A stretch of 64,000 nt of DNA. Source: an uncultured Actinomycetes bacterium. Its GTDB lineage: Bacteria; Actinomycetota; Thermoleophilia; Solirubrobacterales; Solirubrobacteraceae. Where the stretch lies: contig CAVOZY010000002.1 of the NCBI GenBank assembly GCA_963701495.1, positions 10,651-74,650 on the forward strand, read 5' to 3'. The position numbers and the translations under genes are program-made. Position 1 is the stretch's first letter; the number at the start of each line of letters is the position of its first letter. The notes beneath the pieces are model-generated. The model was not told where the DNA came from and searched no databases. It worked only from the letters and a program-made list of their open reading frames with translations. Shown here in pieces: positions 28,967 to 38,626 of this stretch.

Positions 28967-30417
28967 CTATGCGGCTCTCAGCAGGCGCCTTGCGTGCTCG
29001 ACCGCCTCGCCCGCGTCGGCCACCTCGCCGGCATATTGAGCAGTTGCGATGGCGGCCAGCAGCTCGCCGAGTTGCGGGCCTGGCCGGATGCCCAGCGCAG
29101 CCGCCAGCTCGTCACCGCGGATCAGCGGGGCCGGCGGACCCTCTGACTGCCACCGGAGCGCGTCGTCGAGCAGCGGGAGGGCGACCTCCATGTGCCGAGC
29201 TATCGACTCGTCTGCCTTGCGCCCGCGTGTTGCGCGCCTGTCCGCGATCGAGAGCAACGTCACATCGGCTGCGACCGGATCGCAGGCCACGAGGTAGCCG
29301 TGCACCACAGTCCTGCTCAGCGGGCGCTCCTTGACCAGGAATCCGGCGCGCAGATGGTGCCTGGTGAGCCCGGCGACGTGCGTTCGCAGCCGAACGCTCG
29401 CCCGCAGCCGTTCGAGGATCTCGTCGGCCATCGCCGCACCGGTGCGGTCGTGATCCGGAAAGCCGACTGCGCCGCCCGGGAAACACGGTGCGCGTGCGTC
29501 GGCTTTGCGATGTCGTGCAGCAGCGCGCCCCAGCGCAGCGCACCGCCTCGCGTGAGCTCGTCGGCGAGCGGCGCCGCGAGCAGCTCCCGGACCGCCCCGG
29601 CGCGCCGCTCGCCGACGATCGACTGCGGGTCGCGTTCCAGCTCGATCACCTGCTCGAGCACCTCGAGCGTGTGGTCGTAGGCATCGAGGTGGTGATACGC
29701 GGTCTGCTCGACGCCGCGCAGCGCCGACAGCTCCGGCATGAGGGCGTCGGTCGCTGCCAGGTCGTCGAGCAGCCGCAGCGCCGCCGGCGGGTCTGGACCG
29801 GCGAGCATCGCCCGCAGCTCTGCGAACACGCGCTCGCCGGACACGCGCGCCAAGCGGGCGGACCGCTGCCGCGCCGCGCTGACCGTCTCCGCCTCCGGGG
29901 CGAGGCCCAGCTCGACCGCAAGCCGGGCGACACGCACGATCCGCAGCGGATCGGCGTCGAAGGCCTGTGGCGAGACCATGCGCAGCACACCGGCACGCAG
30001 GTCGCCCACGCCGCCGGCCGGATCGGTCAGCTCACCCCCGTGCAGAGACTCGGCGATGGCGTTGGCGGTCAGGTCTCGTGCGTACAGGTCGGCCTCGAGG
30101 CCTTCGCGGTGCAGAGGCGCGACGTCGACCTGCCATCCGCCCTGCGGGCCGACGACGCGCCAGGCACCGAAGGCATCTGACAGCGAGAAGACGGCGCTGC
30201 CGCTCCCGGCCGCTTCGCGGATCCGGCGCGCGGCCTGCTGCGGATCACCGGCGACGATCAGGTCGATGTCGGGGCACGCGGGAACGCGGCCCAGCAGGCG
30301 GTCACGAACGACTCCGCCGACAAGCCACGTCGTCCGGCCGTCGAGGGCGGCACGTACGACAGCCAGCGCCTCGCTCGAAGAACCCGCTGCGTGCAGCCGC
30401 TTTCCGCCCGAGTCCAT
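28967..30417 (-). pseudogene. cca: CCA-adding enzyme / poly(A) polymerase-family tRNA nucleotidyltransferase with an HD domain. One frame break.
   Basis: ORF 29317..30459 has WLVGGVVRDRLLGR..DIDLIV and RDLTANAIA, running to LLHDIAKP. The frame of ORF 28967..29431 continues FPGGAVGFPDHDRTGAAMADEILERLR... The break is near 29490. ATG 30417 shares one base with the alr stop. Confidence 0.75.
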
Positions 30418-31512
30418 CAGGGGTGATCGTCCCGGGGCACGCGCGGGCCCAGGCCGCACGTCACCTCGTAGTTGATCGTCCCGAGCCGCAGGGCGATCTC
30501 CTCAGCGAGAATCCGCTCCTCACCGCGAGCGCCGATCAACACGACCTCGTCACCGATCTGCGCGCCTGCGCCGTCCGGACCCAGGTCGATCGTCAGGTTG
30601 TCCATGCTGATCGTCCCGGCCAGCGGCATGCGCCGCCCGCCCACCAGCACGTCGGCACCCGGATGACAGGGCGCGCCGCCAGCCGTCTCCGTAGCCCACG
30701 GGTACGGTCGCGATCGTCGTCTCGGAAGCGGCGACGAAGCGGCGTCCGTAGCCGACGCTCTCACCGGGAGCGCAGCGCTTGATCTCGGCGACATAGGAGA
30801 CGAGCGAGAGCGCCGGCTCGAGCTGGTGCATCGCGGGGTCCTCGCCGAACGGGTCCATCCCGTAGATCGCGATCCCGACCCGCACGAGATCGAAGTGCGA
30901 CCGCGGCTCGCGCAGCGTCGCGGCGCTGTTGGCAACGTGCCGCAACGCCCCTGGGAAGCGCTCGGAGAGCGGCTCGGCCCAAGTCCGGAAGCGCTCGAGC
31001 TGGCCGCCGAAGAAGTCATCGCCGCGGTCGTCGGCGGTGGCGAAGTGCGACATCAGGCCGGCGAGCTCGCACCGATCTGCCGCGAACTCGGCAACGCGCG
31101 TGGCCTCGACGGGGTCCCTTGTTCCCAGTCGCCCCATCCCCGTGTCCAGCTTGACGTGCACGCGCGCTCCGCCCAGCGCCGCGACTCGGCGCACGAAGCC
31201 CTCGCGCCACGCGACTACGTCGGCATCCGCGTCGAGCGCGACTCGTGTCTCCTCGTCGCTCAGCGCGCCGAGGATCAGGATCCGCCCGGAAGCCCCGGAG
31301 GCCCGCAGCGCCCGTGCTTCCTCAGCGGTGGCGACGGCAAGCCACGATGCGCCGCCGGCCTGCGCCGCCTGCGCCGCCGCGACCATTCCGTGTCCGTAGG
31401 CGTCGGCCTTCACCACCGCGCAGACCGCAGCTCCGGGCGCCGCGGCCCGAAGGCGCCCCACGTTGCGCGAGATCGCGCCGAGCTTCACCTCGGCTCGGAC
31501 GCGAACGGTCAT
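30417..31512 (-). pseudogene. alr: Alanine racemase with one frame break
   Basis: ORF 30550..31512 has VVKADAYGHG (PLP Lys) and runs to VPVGYGDGWRR. The frame of ORF 30417..31019 gives the C-terminus ADVLVGGRRMPLAGTISMDNLTIDLG...GTINYEVTCGLGPRVPR. The break is near 30665. Confidence 0.8.
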
Positions 31513-31979
31513 CAGCGCTCGGCCAGCAGCGCCTCGAGCACGTCGACACGCGTGATGACTCCGAGCAGGCGCCCGTCGCCGTCGACGACCGGCAGGCGGT
31601 TGTGGTGATGTTCGGCGATCAGCCTGCCCGCCTCCTGGGGCGAAGCGTCGGGGGCGACCGTCACCGGGTCGCTGGTCATCAGATCCCCGACCGTGCTCGC
31701 CAGCGACTTCTTCACGCGCTCCTCCCAGTGCCTGACCGACCCGAGGTAGATCACGCCGCCCATGATCTGAAGATGCGGGGGCGGCTCGACGTCCTCCTGC
31801 TCGTCGTAGAGGAGCAGGTCGTTGTCGGTGACGATGCCGACCACCGATCCGTCGTCATCGACGACCGGGAGCCCCGGCAGCTGATGGTCGTGCAGCAGGC
31901 GCACGACCGTCTCCACCCCGTCGCTCGCCCGCACGGTGACGGGGTCGTGGTCCATGATGTCGGCGACGGTCGTGCTCAT
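31512..31979 (-). CDS. CBS-domain pair protein
   Basis: 155-aa ORF with two CBS repeats (VADIMDHDPVTV..GLPVVDDDGSVVGIVTDNDL; VGDLMTSDPVTV..RLPVVDGDGRLLGVITRVDV). Confidence 0.8.
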   Translation of the reverse strand: MSTTVADIMDHDPVTVRASDGVETVVRLLHDHQLPGLPVVDDDGSVVGIVTDNDLLLYDEQEDVEPPPHLQIMGGVIYLGSVRHWEERVKKSLASTVGDLMTSDPVTVAPDASPQEAGRLIAEHHHNRLPVVDGDGRLLGVITRVDVLEALLAER

Positions 31980-32012
31980 GGCAGGCCAATCTACCGTCCG
32001 CCGCGCGCCGGC

Positions 32013-33533
32013 CTACCGCCGCCGCGCGTGGACGAGCGCCTGGGCGACGTCGCCCGCCGCCACGCCATCGACTCCGAAGCGCCGCGCCGCCGCCGCGCCT
32101 GCGCGCGCGTGAAGGCGCACGGCGGTGCAGGCGGCGCGGAAGGGCTCGACGCGGCGAGCCAGTAGCGCGCCGGCGATGCCGCTGAGCACGTCGCCCGTGC
32201 CGGCCGTGGCGAGCGCAGGCGTCGCGCCCGGGCTCACGGCTACGAAGCCGTCCGCGCGTGCGATGACCGTGTCGTCACCCTTGAGGACGACGATCGCATC
32301 CGCGGCCCGCGCCGCCGCGCGAGCGTGATGGAGCCTGCGCCGCTCGACCTCGGCGGAGTCGACTTCGAGCAGTCGCCCCAGCTCGCCGGCATGTGGGGTC
32401 AGCACGGTCGCGGCGTCGCGACCGGCCAGCAGATCCAGTTTCCCTGCGTGGGCGTTGAGGCCGTCCGCGTCGAGCAGCAGCGGCGCCGCGGTGCGTGTCG
32501 CGAGCTCTCGCGCGAAGGCCTGGGCGCCGTCCGACCTTCCGAGTCCGGGACCCAGCACGACCGTCCCGCCATGCGCTTCGGCCGCCTCCAGCACTGCATC
32601 GACGCCCGCCGGCGTGTGGTGCCCGGCGTCGTCGGCGAGCGCGAGCTGCATGACCTCGACGAGATGGGCGGCCGCGACGGGCTGCTGCGAGGCGGGCAGG
32701 CAGGCCGTCACGTAGCCCGCGCCGGAGCGCATCGCCCCGGTCGCGGCGAGCACGACCGCGCCGACCAGCCCCGTGGCCCCGCCGACGACGAGCACGTGAC
32801 CACTCGTGAACTTCGTCCAGCCGACCTGACGTTCACCGAGCCCCGCTAGCAGCGGGGCGTCGTCGAGCAGCCCGGCGTCTGCTGGCTCGACCGGAGCCTC
32901 CCGCGGAATCCCGATGTCGATCAGGCGGACGCGACCGGCGTACGACTTGCCGGGATTCACGAACAGGCCCGGCTTGAGGGCATGGAAGGTCGCGGTGGCG
33001 GCAGCCCGCACTGCAGCGCCGTGCACCTCGCCGGTCGACGCATCGACCCCACTCGGCACGTCACAGGCGACGACGGGCGCGTTCGCCGCGGCGATCGCGG
33101 CGACCGCCTCGCCGACGGCCCCGCGCGGCGCGCCTGAGAAGCCGGTTCCCAGAAGCGCGTCCACGATCGCCGACGCACCGTCCAGTGCCGCGGCGTCGAA
33201 CGGCTGCGGCGGAGCGCCCTCGAGCCGCTCGGCCTGTACGAGCGCATCGCCTTGAAGGTCGCCGGGCGAAGTGGCCGCGAGCACGAGGACGTCGCGTCCG
33301 CCGGCGCGCAGCAGACGCGCGGCAGCGTAGCCGTCACCTCCGTTGTTGCCGGAGCCGCAGACGACCGCAACACGGCCCTGGGGGGCGACCTCCATGACGA
33401 GGTCGGCCAGCCCGGCCGACGCGCGCTCCATCAGCTCGAGCGATGGAACGCCTGCGACATCGATCGCCCAGCGGTCCGTGGCCCGCGCACGCTCCGAGTC
33501 GAGCAGCGCGACGCACCAGGGCACGGGCGTCAT
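32013..33533 (-). CDS. nnr: Bifunctional NAD(P)H-hydrate repair enzyme (epimerase / ADP-dependent dehydratase)
   Basis: 506-aa ORF. The N-terminal YjeF_N part has VVCGSGNNGGDGY. The C-terminal kinase-like part has ATAGTGDVLSG. Confidence 0.85.
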   Translation of the reverse strand: MTPVPWCVALLDSERARATDRWAIDVAGVPSLELMERASAGLADLVMEVAPQGRVAVVCGSGNNGGDGYAAARLLRAGGRDVLVLAATSPGDLQGDALVQAERLEGAPPQPFDAAALDGASAIVDALLGTGFSGAPRGAVGEAVAAIAAANAPVVACDVPSGVDASTGEVHGAAVRAAATATFHALKPGLFVNPGKSYAGRVRLIDIGIPREAPVEPADAGLLDDAPLLAGLGERQVGWTKFTSGHVLVVGGATGLVGAVVLAATGAMRSGAGYVTACLPASQQPVAAAHLVEVMQLALADDAGHHTPAGVDAVLEAAEAHGGTVVLGPGLGRSDGAQAFARELATRTAAPLLLDADGLNAHAGKLDLLAGRDAATVLTPHAGELGRLLEVDSAEVERRRLHHARAAARAADAIVVLKGDDTVIARADGFVAVSPGATPALATAGTGDVLSGIAGALLARRVEPFRAACTAVRLHARAGAAAARRFGVDGVAAGDVAQALVHARRR

Positions 33534-33883
33534 GCTGCCACGGCGACGGCAGCGGCCGTCGAGCGTGTGTGGGTGAGCGATATCGACACGTTCACCCCCA
33601 GCTCATCAGCGCGCGCCGCGGCGCGGCCGTGAAGCACCACCAGCGGCTCCCCGGCGGGCCCGGGCGCAACCTCGATCTCCAGCGGCCTCAGGACCTCGAG
33701 CGCAAGCGCCTTGGTGACGGCCTCCTTCGCGCAGAATCGCGCAGCCAGATGCTGCCCCGGCCGAGCGAGGGACAGCGCATAGTCGCGCTCCGCCGCCGAG
33801 AACAGCCGCGGAGCAAGAGCCGGCCGGCGCTTGAGCGCCCGCTCGAGCCGCTCGATCTCCAGGAGGTCAAGACCAATGCCCAC
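33530..33883 (-). CDS. acpS: Holo-[acyl-carrier-protein] synthase
   Basis: 117-aa ORF MGIGLDLLEIERL...FCAKEAVTKAL. Its stop overlaps the nnr start by 4 nt. Confidence 0.85.
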   Translation of the reverse strand: MGIGLDLLEIERLERALKRRPALAPRLFSAAERDYALSLARPGQHLAARFCAKEAVTKALALEVLRPLEIEVAPGPAGEPLVVLHGRAAARADELGVNVSISLTHTRSTAAAVAVAA

Positions 33884-33905
33884 CCCAGCAACCCTACGTG
33901 GCCTT

Positions 33906-35765
33906 CTACTCGACCGTCACCGTCTTCGCGAGATTGCGCGGCTGGTCGACGTTGAGACCGCGCTTGCGGGCGATCCGGTAGGCCAGCAGCTGGAGCGGGA
34001 TCACGGCGAGCAGCGGCTGGAGCATCCAGTCGGTGCGCGGTATGCGCACGACCGACTCGGCATGCTCGCCGATCTCCGTGTTGCCATCGGTCGCGACGGC
34101 GATCACGTGGGCACCGCGCGCGCGCACCTCCTGCATGTTCGAGACGACCTTCTCGAGCACCGGGGAGTCGGTGGCGACCGTGACCACGGGCGTCGACTCG
34201 CTGAGCAGCGCGATCGGCCCGTGCTTCATCTCGCCGGCCGCATAGGCGTCGGTTGAGATGTACGAGATCTCCTTCAGCTTCAGCGCGCCCTCGTGGGCGA
34301 CCGGCAGACCGACATGGCGCCCCAGATAGAGGAAGAAGCCCGCTCGCCAGTGATCCTCCGCCATCCGCTCAACGTCCGCATCGACGCTCTCGAGCATCTC
34401 CCCGATCAGCCGCGGGATCGCCTTCAGCTCGCGGACGATCTCGATGCGGCGCTCACGCCCGAGGACGTCGTGCAGCTCGCCGAGCCGCACCGCGAGCAGA
34501 TACATCACGGCCACCTGGCACAGGAAGGTCTTCGTAGCGGCGACGGACACCTCCAGGCCGGCGCGCGTGTACAGGACGCCGTCCGCATCGCGCGTGGCCT
34601 GCGAGCCCATGATGTTGGTCACCGCGAGCACGATCGCGCCGCGCTCGCGCGCGATCCGCATCGCAGCCAGGGTGTCGGCGGTCTCGCCGGACTGGGTTAT
34701 CCCGATCACGAGATCGCCGGGACCGACGACCGGGTTGCGATAGCGGTACTCGGACGCGATCTCCACCTCGACGGGAACCCGCGCGAACTCCTCGATGGCG
34801 TACCGGCCGATGAGCCCAGCGTGGTAGGACGTCCCACAGGCGACGATGACGATGCGCCGGGCCGCGTGGAGCTGCTCCGAGCTGAGCGCGCCGAGATCGT
34901 CCAGATCGACCCCGTCCTCGCGGATCGTACGATCGGCGATCGTCTCCGCGATCGCCTCCGCCTGCTCATGGATCTCCTTGAGCATGAAGGTCTCGTAGCC
35001 GCCCTTCTCGGCGGTGTCCTCGTCCCAGTCGACGATTGAGACCTGGCGCTCGATCTCATCGCCTTCCGGCGAGACGAAGCGGGTCGTGCCGGGCCCGATC
35101 GCCACGATCTCTCCGTTCTCGACGAACTGCACGCGCCGCGTCTCCCCCAGAAACGCAGGCACGGCCGAAGCCAGGAACGCCTCGCCCTCTCCGATGCCCA
35201 CGATCAGCGGGCACTCCTTGCGCGCGCCGACGAGCAGGTCGGGGGCGTCGAGGCTCATCGCCACGAATGCGAAGTGCCCTTCGATGTCGTTGTAAGCGCC
35301 GCGCACGGCTTCGACGAGGTCGCCGTCGTAGTGCTGTGCGACGAGGTGGGCGATCACTTCGGCGTCCGTTTCCGATGTGAAGACCGCGCCCGTCGCCTTC
35401 AGACGATCGCGCAGCGCCAGGTAGTTCTCGACGATGCCGTTGACGACGACGTGGACGCGGTCGCCGGTGTCGAAATGGGGGTGCGCGTTCTGCTCGTTCA
35501 CGCGGCCGTGGGTGGCCCACCGCGTGTGGCCGATGCCGACCACCGCTTCCGCCGTCACAGTGGCGACGGCGCCATCCCCGCGACGACGCTCGATGGCCTC
35601 GTCGAGCCTGTCGAGGTTTCCGACCGCGCGCACCGAGTCGATCGACCCACTCCCCATGAGCGAGACTCCGGCCGAGTCATAGCCGCGGTACTCGAGCTTG
35701 CGCAGGCCTGCCAGGAGTAGTTCCTGTGCAGGCCGGCCACCGACATATCCGACGATGCCGCACAT
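33906..35765 (-). CDS. glmS: Glutamine--fructose-6-phosphate aminotransferase
   Basis: The internal start MCGIVGYVG (Cys2 nucleophile) is in ORF 33906..35801. It has two SIS domains and the C-terminal ..AKTVTVE. Confidence 0.95.
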   Translation of the reverse strand: MCGIVGYVGGRPAQELLLAGLRKLEYRGYDSAGVSLMGSGSIDSVRAVGNLDRLDEAIERRRGDGAVATVTAEAVVGIGHTRWATHGRVNEQNAHPHFDTGDRVHVVVNGIVENYLALRDRLKATGAVFTSETDAEVIAHLVAQHYDGDLVEAVRGAYNDIEGHFAFVAMSLDAPDLLVGARKECPLIVGIGEGEAFLASAVPAFLGETRRVQFVENGEIVAIGPGTTRFVSPEGDEIERQVSIVDWDEDTAEKGGYETFMLKEIHEQAEAIAETIADRTIREDGVDLDDLGALSSEQLHAARRIVIVACGTSYHAGLIGRYAIEEFARVPVEVEIASEYRYRNPVVGPGDLVIGITQSGETADTLAAMRIARERGAIVLAVTNIMGSQATRDADGVLYTRAGLEVSVAATKTFLCQVAVMYLLAVRLGELHDVLGRERRIEIVRELKAIPRLIGEMLESVDADVERMAEDHWRAGFFLYLGRHVGLPVAHEGALKLKEISYISTDAYAAGEMKHGPIALLSESTPVVTVATDSPVLEKVVSNMQEVRARGAHVIAVATDGNTEIGEHAESVVRIPRTDWMLQPLLAVIPLQLLAYRIARKRGLNVDQPRNLAKTVTVE

Positions 35766-35859
35766 GGCCGCTGAGGGTAGTGGGCCGAGGCCGCCGACCA
35801 TAGGGTCGACCCAGGTTGCTGGACGACCGTTCGGCAGGTCGATCGCGGGTCGCGGCCAG

Positions 35860-37194
35860 TCAGCCGGCTGCAGCCCGGACGAGCGCCACCAGGCGCTCGC
35901 AGACTTCGTGTGCCTCGTCGTCCGTCGGGGCCTCGACCATCACGCGGACGAGATCCTCCGTGCCGCTGGGCCGCACGAGGACTCTGCCGCGACCGTCGAG
36001 AGCGGCGTTCTCACCCGCCGCTGCGTCCTGCGCCGCATCCATCGCACGCCGCTTGTCGGCCACGCGCACGTTGACCAGCGTTTGCGGGAGCTTCTTCATC
36101 GCCGTGCGGTCGGCGAGCCGGTCACCTGCCAGAGCCTCCATCGTCAGCAGCGCGCTGGCGATTCCGTCACCGGAGGGAACGAAGCCCATGTCGATGATGT
36201 GCCCGGACTGCTCTCCGCCGAGCGACCAGCTGCGATCGCGCAGCGCCTCGAGCACGTAGCGATCGCCGACCGCGGTCGTGACGACCTCGACCCCGGCCTC
36301 ACGCATCGCCGCGTGAAACCCGTAGTTGGTCATCACGGTGACGGCAACCCCACCACCGGCCAGGCGATCGCTGGAGCGCAGGTGCAGCGCTGCGAGGGCG
36401 ATCAGCTCGTCGCCGTCGACCACCGCTCCCTCGCCGTCGACCGCCAGAACCCGGTCGCCATCTCCGTCGAACGCGAAGCCGACGTCGTGTCCGCCGGCCA
36501 CGACCGCCTCGGCAAGCGCCTCAACGTGCGTGGAGCCGACACCATCGTTGATGTTGCTCCCGTCCGGCTCTGAGCCGATCGTGGCCACCGTCGCGCCCAG
36601 ACGCCGGAATATCTCGGGCCCTACGCGGTAGGTCGCACCGTTCGCGCAGTCCAGCAGCGCGTTCAGGCGGCTCAGGTCGAGCGCCGCGAAGCGCGCGTGA
36701 AGGGCCCGCATGTAGTCCTCGTGCGTCCCGTGCAGGGCGCGGACACGGCCGATTCGCTGCGATGGACCGAAGCCGGCAGCCAGCCGGCCCTCGATCGCCT
36801 CCTCGTCGTCGTCGGCGAGCTTGAAGCCGTCTCCGCCGAAGAACTTGATCCCGTTGTCGCGGTAGGGGTTGTGCGAGGCCGAGACGACGACGGCGAGGTC
36901 GAAGTCGTACTGGCCGATCAGCAGTGGCGCCGCCGGGGTCGGCAGGACGCCGCCCAGGAAGACATCGCCGCCGGCGGCTGTGACGCCGGCGGCGAGCGCA
37001 GACTCGAGCATCTCGCCCGACTCGCGCGTGTCACGGATGATCAGGACACGGCGCCGCTCGGAGTCCCCGGCGTTCTCGAGCGCCACGGTCGCGTGCTCGG
37101 TGGCCGCGCGCCCCAATCCGAGCGCGAGTTCGGCGGTCAGCTTCTCGCCCGCCACTCCGCGGACGCCGTCAGTGCCGAAGAGCTCGCGGGCCAA
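35860..37194 (-). CDS. glmM: Phosphoglucosamine mutase
   Basis: A TTG start at 37194 gives (M)ARELFGTDGVRG. The phosphoserine loop is VVSASHNPYRDNGIKFF. It lies 4 nt after the rpsI stop. Confidence 0.9.
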   Translation of the reverse strand: MARELFGTDGVRGVAGEKLTAELALGLGRAATEHATVALENAGDSERRRVLIIRDTRESGEMLESALAAGVTAAGGDVFLGGVLPTPAAPLLIGQYDFDLAVVVSASHNPYRDNGIKFFGGDGFKLADDDEEAIEGRLAAGFGPSQRIGRVRALHGTHEDYMRALHARFAALDLSRLNALLDCANGATYRVGPEIFRRLGATVATIGSEPDGSNINDGVGSTHVEALAEAVVAGGHDVGFAFDGDGDRVLAVDGEGAVVDGDELIALAALHLRSSDRLAGGGVAVTVMTNYGFHAAMREAGVEVVTTAVGDRYVLEALRDRSWSLGGEQSGHIIDMGFVPSGDGIASALLTMEALAGDRLADRTAMKKLPQTLVNVRVADKRRAMDAAQDAAAGENAALDGRGRVLVRPSGTEDLVRVMVEAPTDDEAHEVCERLVALVRAAAG

Positions 37195-37198
37195 ACTG

Positions 37199-38085
37199 CT
37201 AGCGCTTGCTGAACTGCGGCCGCTTGCGGGCCTTCTTGAGGCCGGCCTTCTTGCGCTCCTTGGCACGCGCGTCACGCGTGAGGAATCCGCGGCGCTTGAG
37301 CTCGCCGCGGAGGTTCGGGTCGGCCTCGAGCAGCGCGCGAGAGATGCCGTGGCGCAATGCGTCGGCCTGGGCGGAGACGCCACCGCCGTGCATGCGCGCG
37401 ATCACGTCCATCTTCTCCTCGTAGCCGACGGTCTCCAGCGGCTGGCGAATCGTGCGCTGGAGCGTCTCGCGCGGGAAGAAGTCGGTCAGCGTCTTGCCGT
37501 TGATGACGTATTCACCGTTGCCGGGCTTGAGGATCACCCGCGCCACCGCCGTCTTGCGCTTCCCGGTCGCGCGGTACCGCGCGTCGGCGGCAAGCTCGAT
37601 GACCGCGGCGATCGGCTGGTGCTCGACGACTCCGCCGTCCTCCTCGTCCTTCTCGCCGATGACCTCATCGTCGCCGTCCTCGGAGTACTCGCCATGCTCA
37701 CCGCGTGTGAAGGGGTCGTCGCCCTCGGTGACGATGTCGACCTCGAGGTCCGCGCCGGGGATGGCCGGCTTGGCACGTGACGCAGCCGGGGCGCCGCCGG
37801 CGCCCTCGTCGGGCTCGTCTCAGCGTCCGCCTTCGGAGCCTCAGCCTGCGCGTCAGCGGTCTCCTCGGCGGCGGGCTGCTCAGCCTGCGCGTCAGCAGTC
37901 TCCTCGGCGGCGGGCTGCTCAGCCTGCGCGTCAGCAGTCTCCTCGGCGGCGGGCTGCTCAGCCTGCGCGTCAGCAGTCTCCTCGGCGGCGGGCTGCTCAG
38001 CCTGCGCGTCAGCAGTCTCCTCGGCGGCGGGCTGCTCAGCCTGCGCGTCGGGTGTCTCGTCGGTCGGGGTCGGCTCGTCGGCCAT
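37199..38085 (-). pseudogene. rpsI: 30S ribosomal protein S9 with a long acidic repeat-containing N-terminal extension. One frame break.
   Basis: The conserved S9 core ([27 protein letters not shown] ... [12 protein letters not shown]) ends at 37199. That frame stays open upstream to about 37813 (acidic: [23 protein letters not shown]..). ATG 38085 shares one base with the rplM stop and opens [15 protein letters not shown](AEQPAAEETADAQ)x5 in the adjacent frame. The two frames join near 37815. Confidence 0.7.
37842..38049. repeat. 39-bp tandem repeat, about 5.3 copies, near-perfect
   Basis: The + strand unit is cagcctgcgcgtcagcagtctcctcggcggcgggctgct. Copies start at 37842, 37881, 37920, 37959 and 37998, with a partial copy to 38049. 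Copies 2-5 are identical and copy 1 differs at one base. On the minus strand it encodes AEQPAAEETADAQ. Confidence 0.9.
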
Positions 38086-38519
38086 CAGGACCTGATCTCC
38101 ATCGGGGTCGGCTTCTGCGCCTCGTGCGGATGCTCTGCACCGGCGTAGACCTTGAGCTTGGTGATCTGCCGGCGGGCCAGGCGATTGCGCGGGAGCATGC
38201 CCTTCACGGCGAGGCGGATGACCTCTTCCGGACGACGCTCGAGCATCTCCTCGAGCGTACGCTCCTTGAGGCCGCCGGGGTAGCCGGAGTGACGCCGGTA
38301 CTTCTTCTCCTGGCGCTTGTTGCCGGTGACCGAGATCTTCTCGGCGTTGACGACGACGACGAAGTCGCCCGTGTCCACGTGGGGCGTGTACTCGGGCTTG
38401 CGCTTGCCGCGGAGGGTGTCGGCGATCTGGGTCGCCAGGCGCCCGAGCGTCTGCCCGTTCGCATCGACGAGGATCCAGTTCCGTTCGCGTGTCTCGTTGG
38501 AGGCTACGTATGTCTTCAT
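38085..38519 (-). CDS. rplM: 50S ribosomal protein L13
   Basis: The internal ATG 38519 of ORF 38085..38873 gives [61 protein letters not shown]... Confidence 0.9.
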   Translation of the reverse strand: MKTYVASNETRERNWILVDANGQTLGRLATQIADTLRGKRKPEYTPHVDTGDFVVVVNAEKISVTGNKRQEKKYRRHSGYPGGLKERTLEEMLERRPEEVIRLAVKGMLPRNRLARRQITKLKVYAGAEHPHEAQKPTPMEIRS

Positions 38520-38600
38520 GGCGTGAGGAGCCGCACCGCACGCAGGGACAGGCGCGGCGCGAGGGACCGCAGGATAGCGCGGCGAACGAGCCCGGCCCGG

Positions 38601-38624
38601 GCGGCCGCCGCGAGCGGCGGCCGC
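38601..38624 (-). terminator. GC-rich hairpin 2 nt after the guaA stop
   Basis: The sequence is gcggccgccg cgag cggcggccgc, a 10-bp perfect stem with a 4-nt loop. No U-tract follows, so it could be a terminator or an RNA-stability element. Confidence 0.3.
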
Positions 38625-38626
38625 GC

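Noticed and set aside
37780-37830. Programmed ribosomal frameshift in rpsI
   Set aside because: I see no slippery heptamer or downstream structure. About thirty similar breaks occur in unrelated genes, so a generic indel explanation is more economical.
37842-38049. Possible CRISPR array, because of regularly repeated 39-bp units
   Set aside because: The units are directly adjacent with no spacers, they lie in an open reading frame that encodes a sensible acidic peptide repeat, and no cas genes are nearby. It is a coding tandem repeat.
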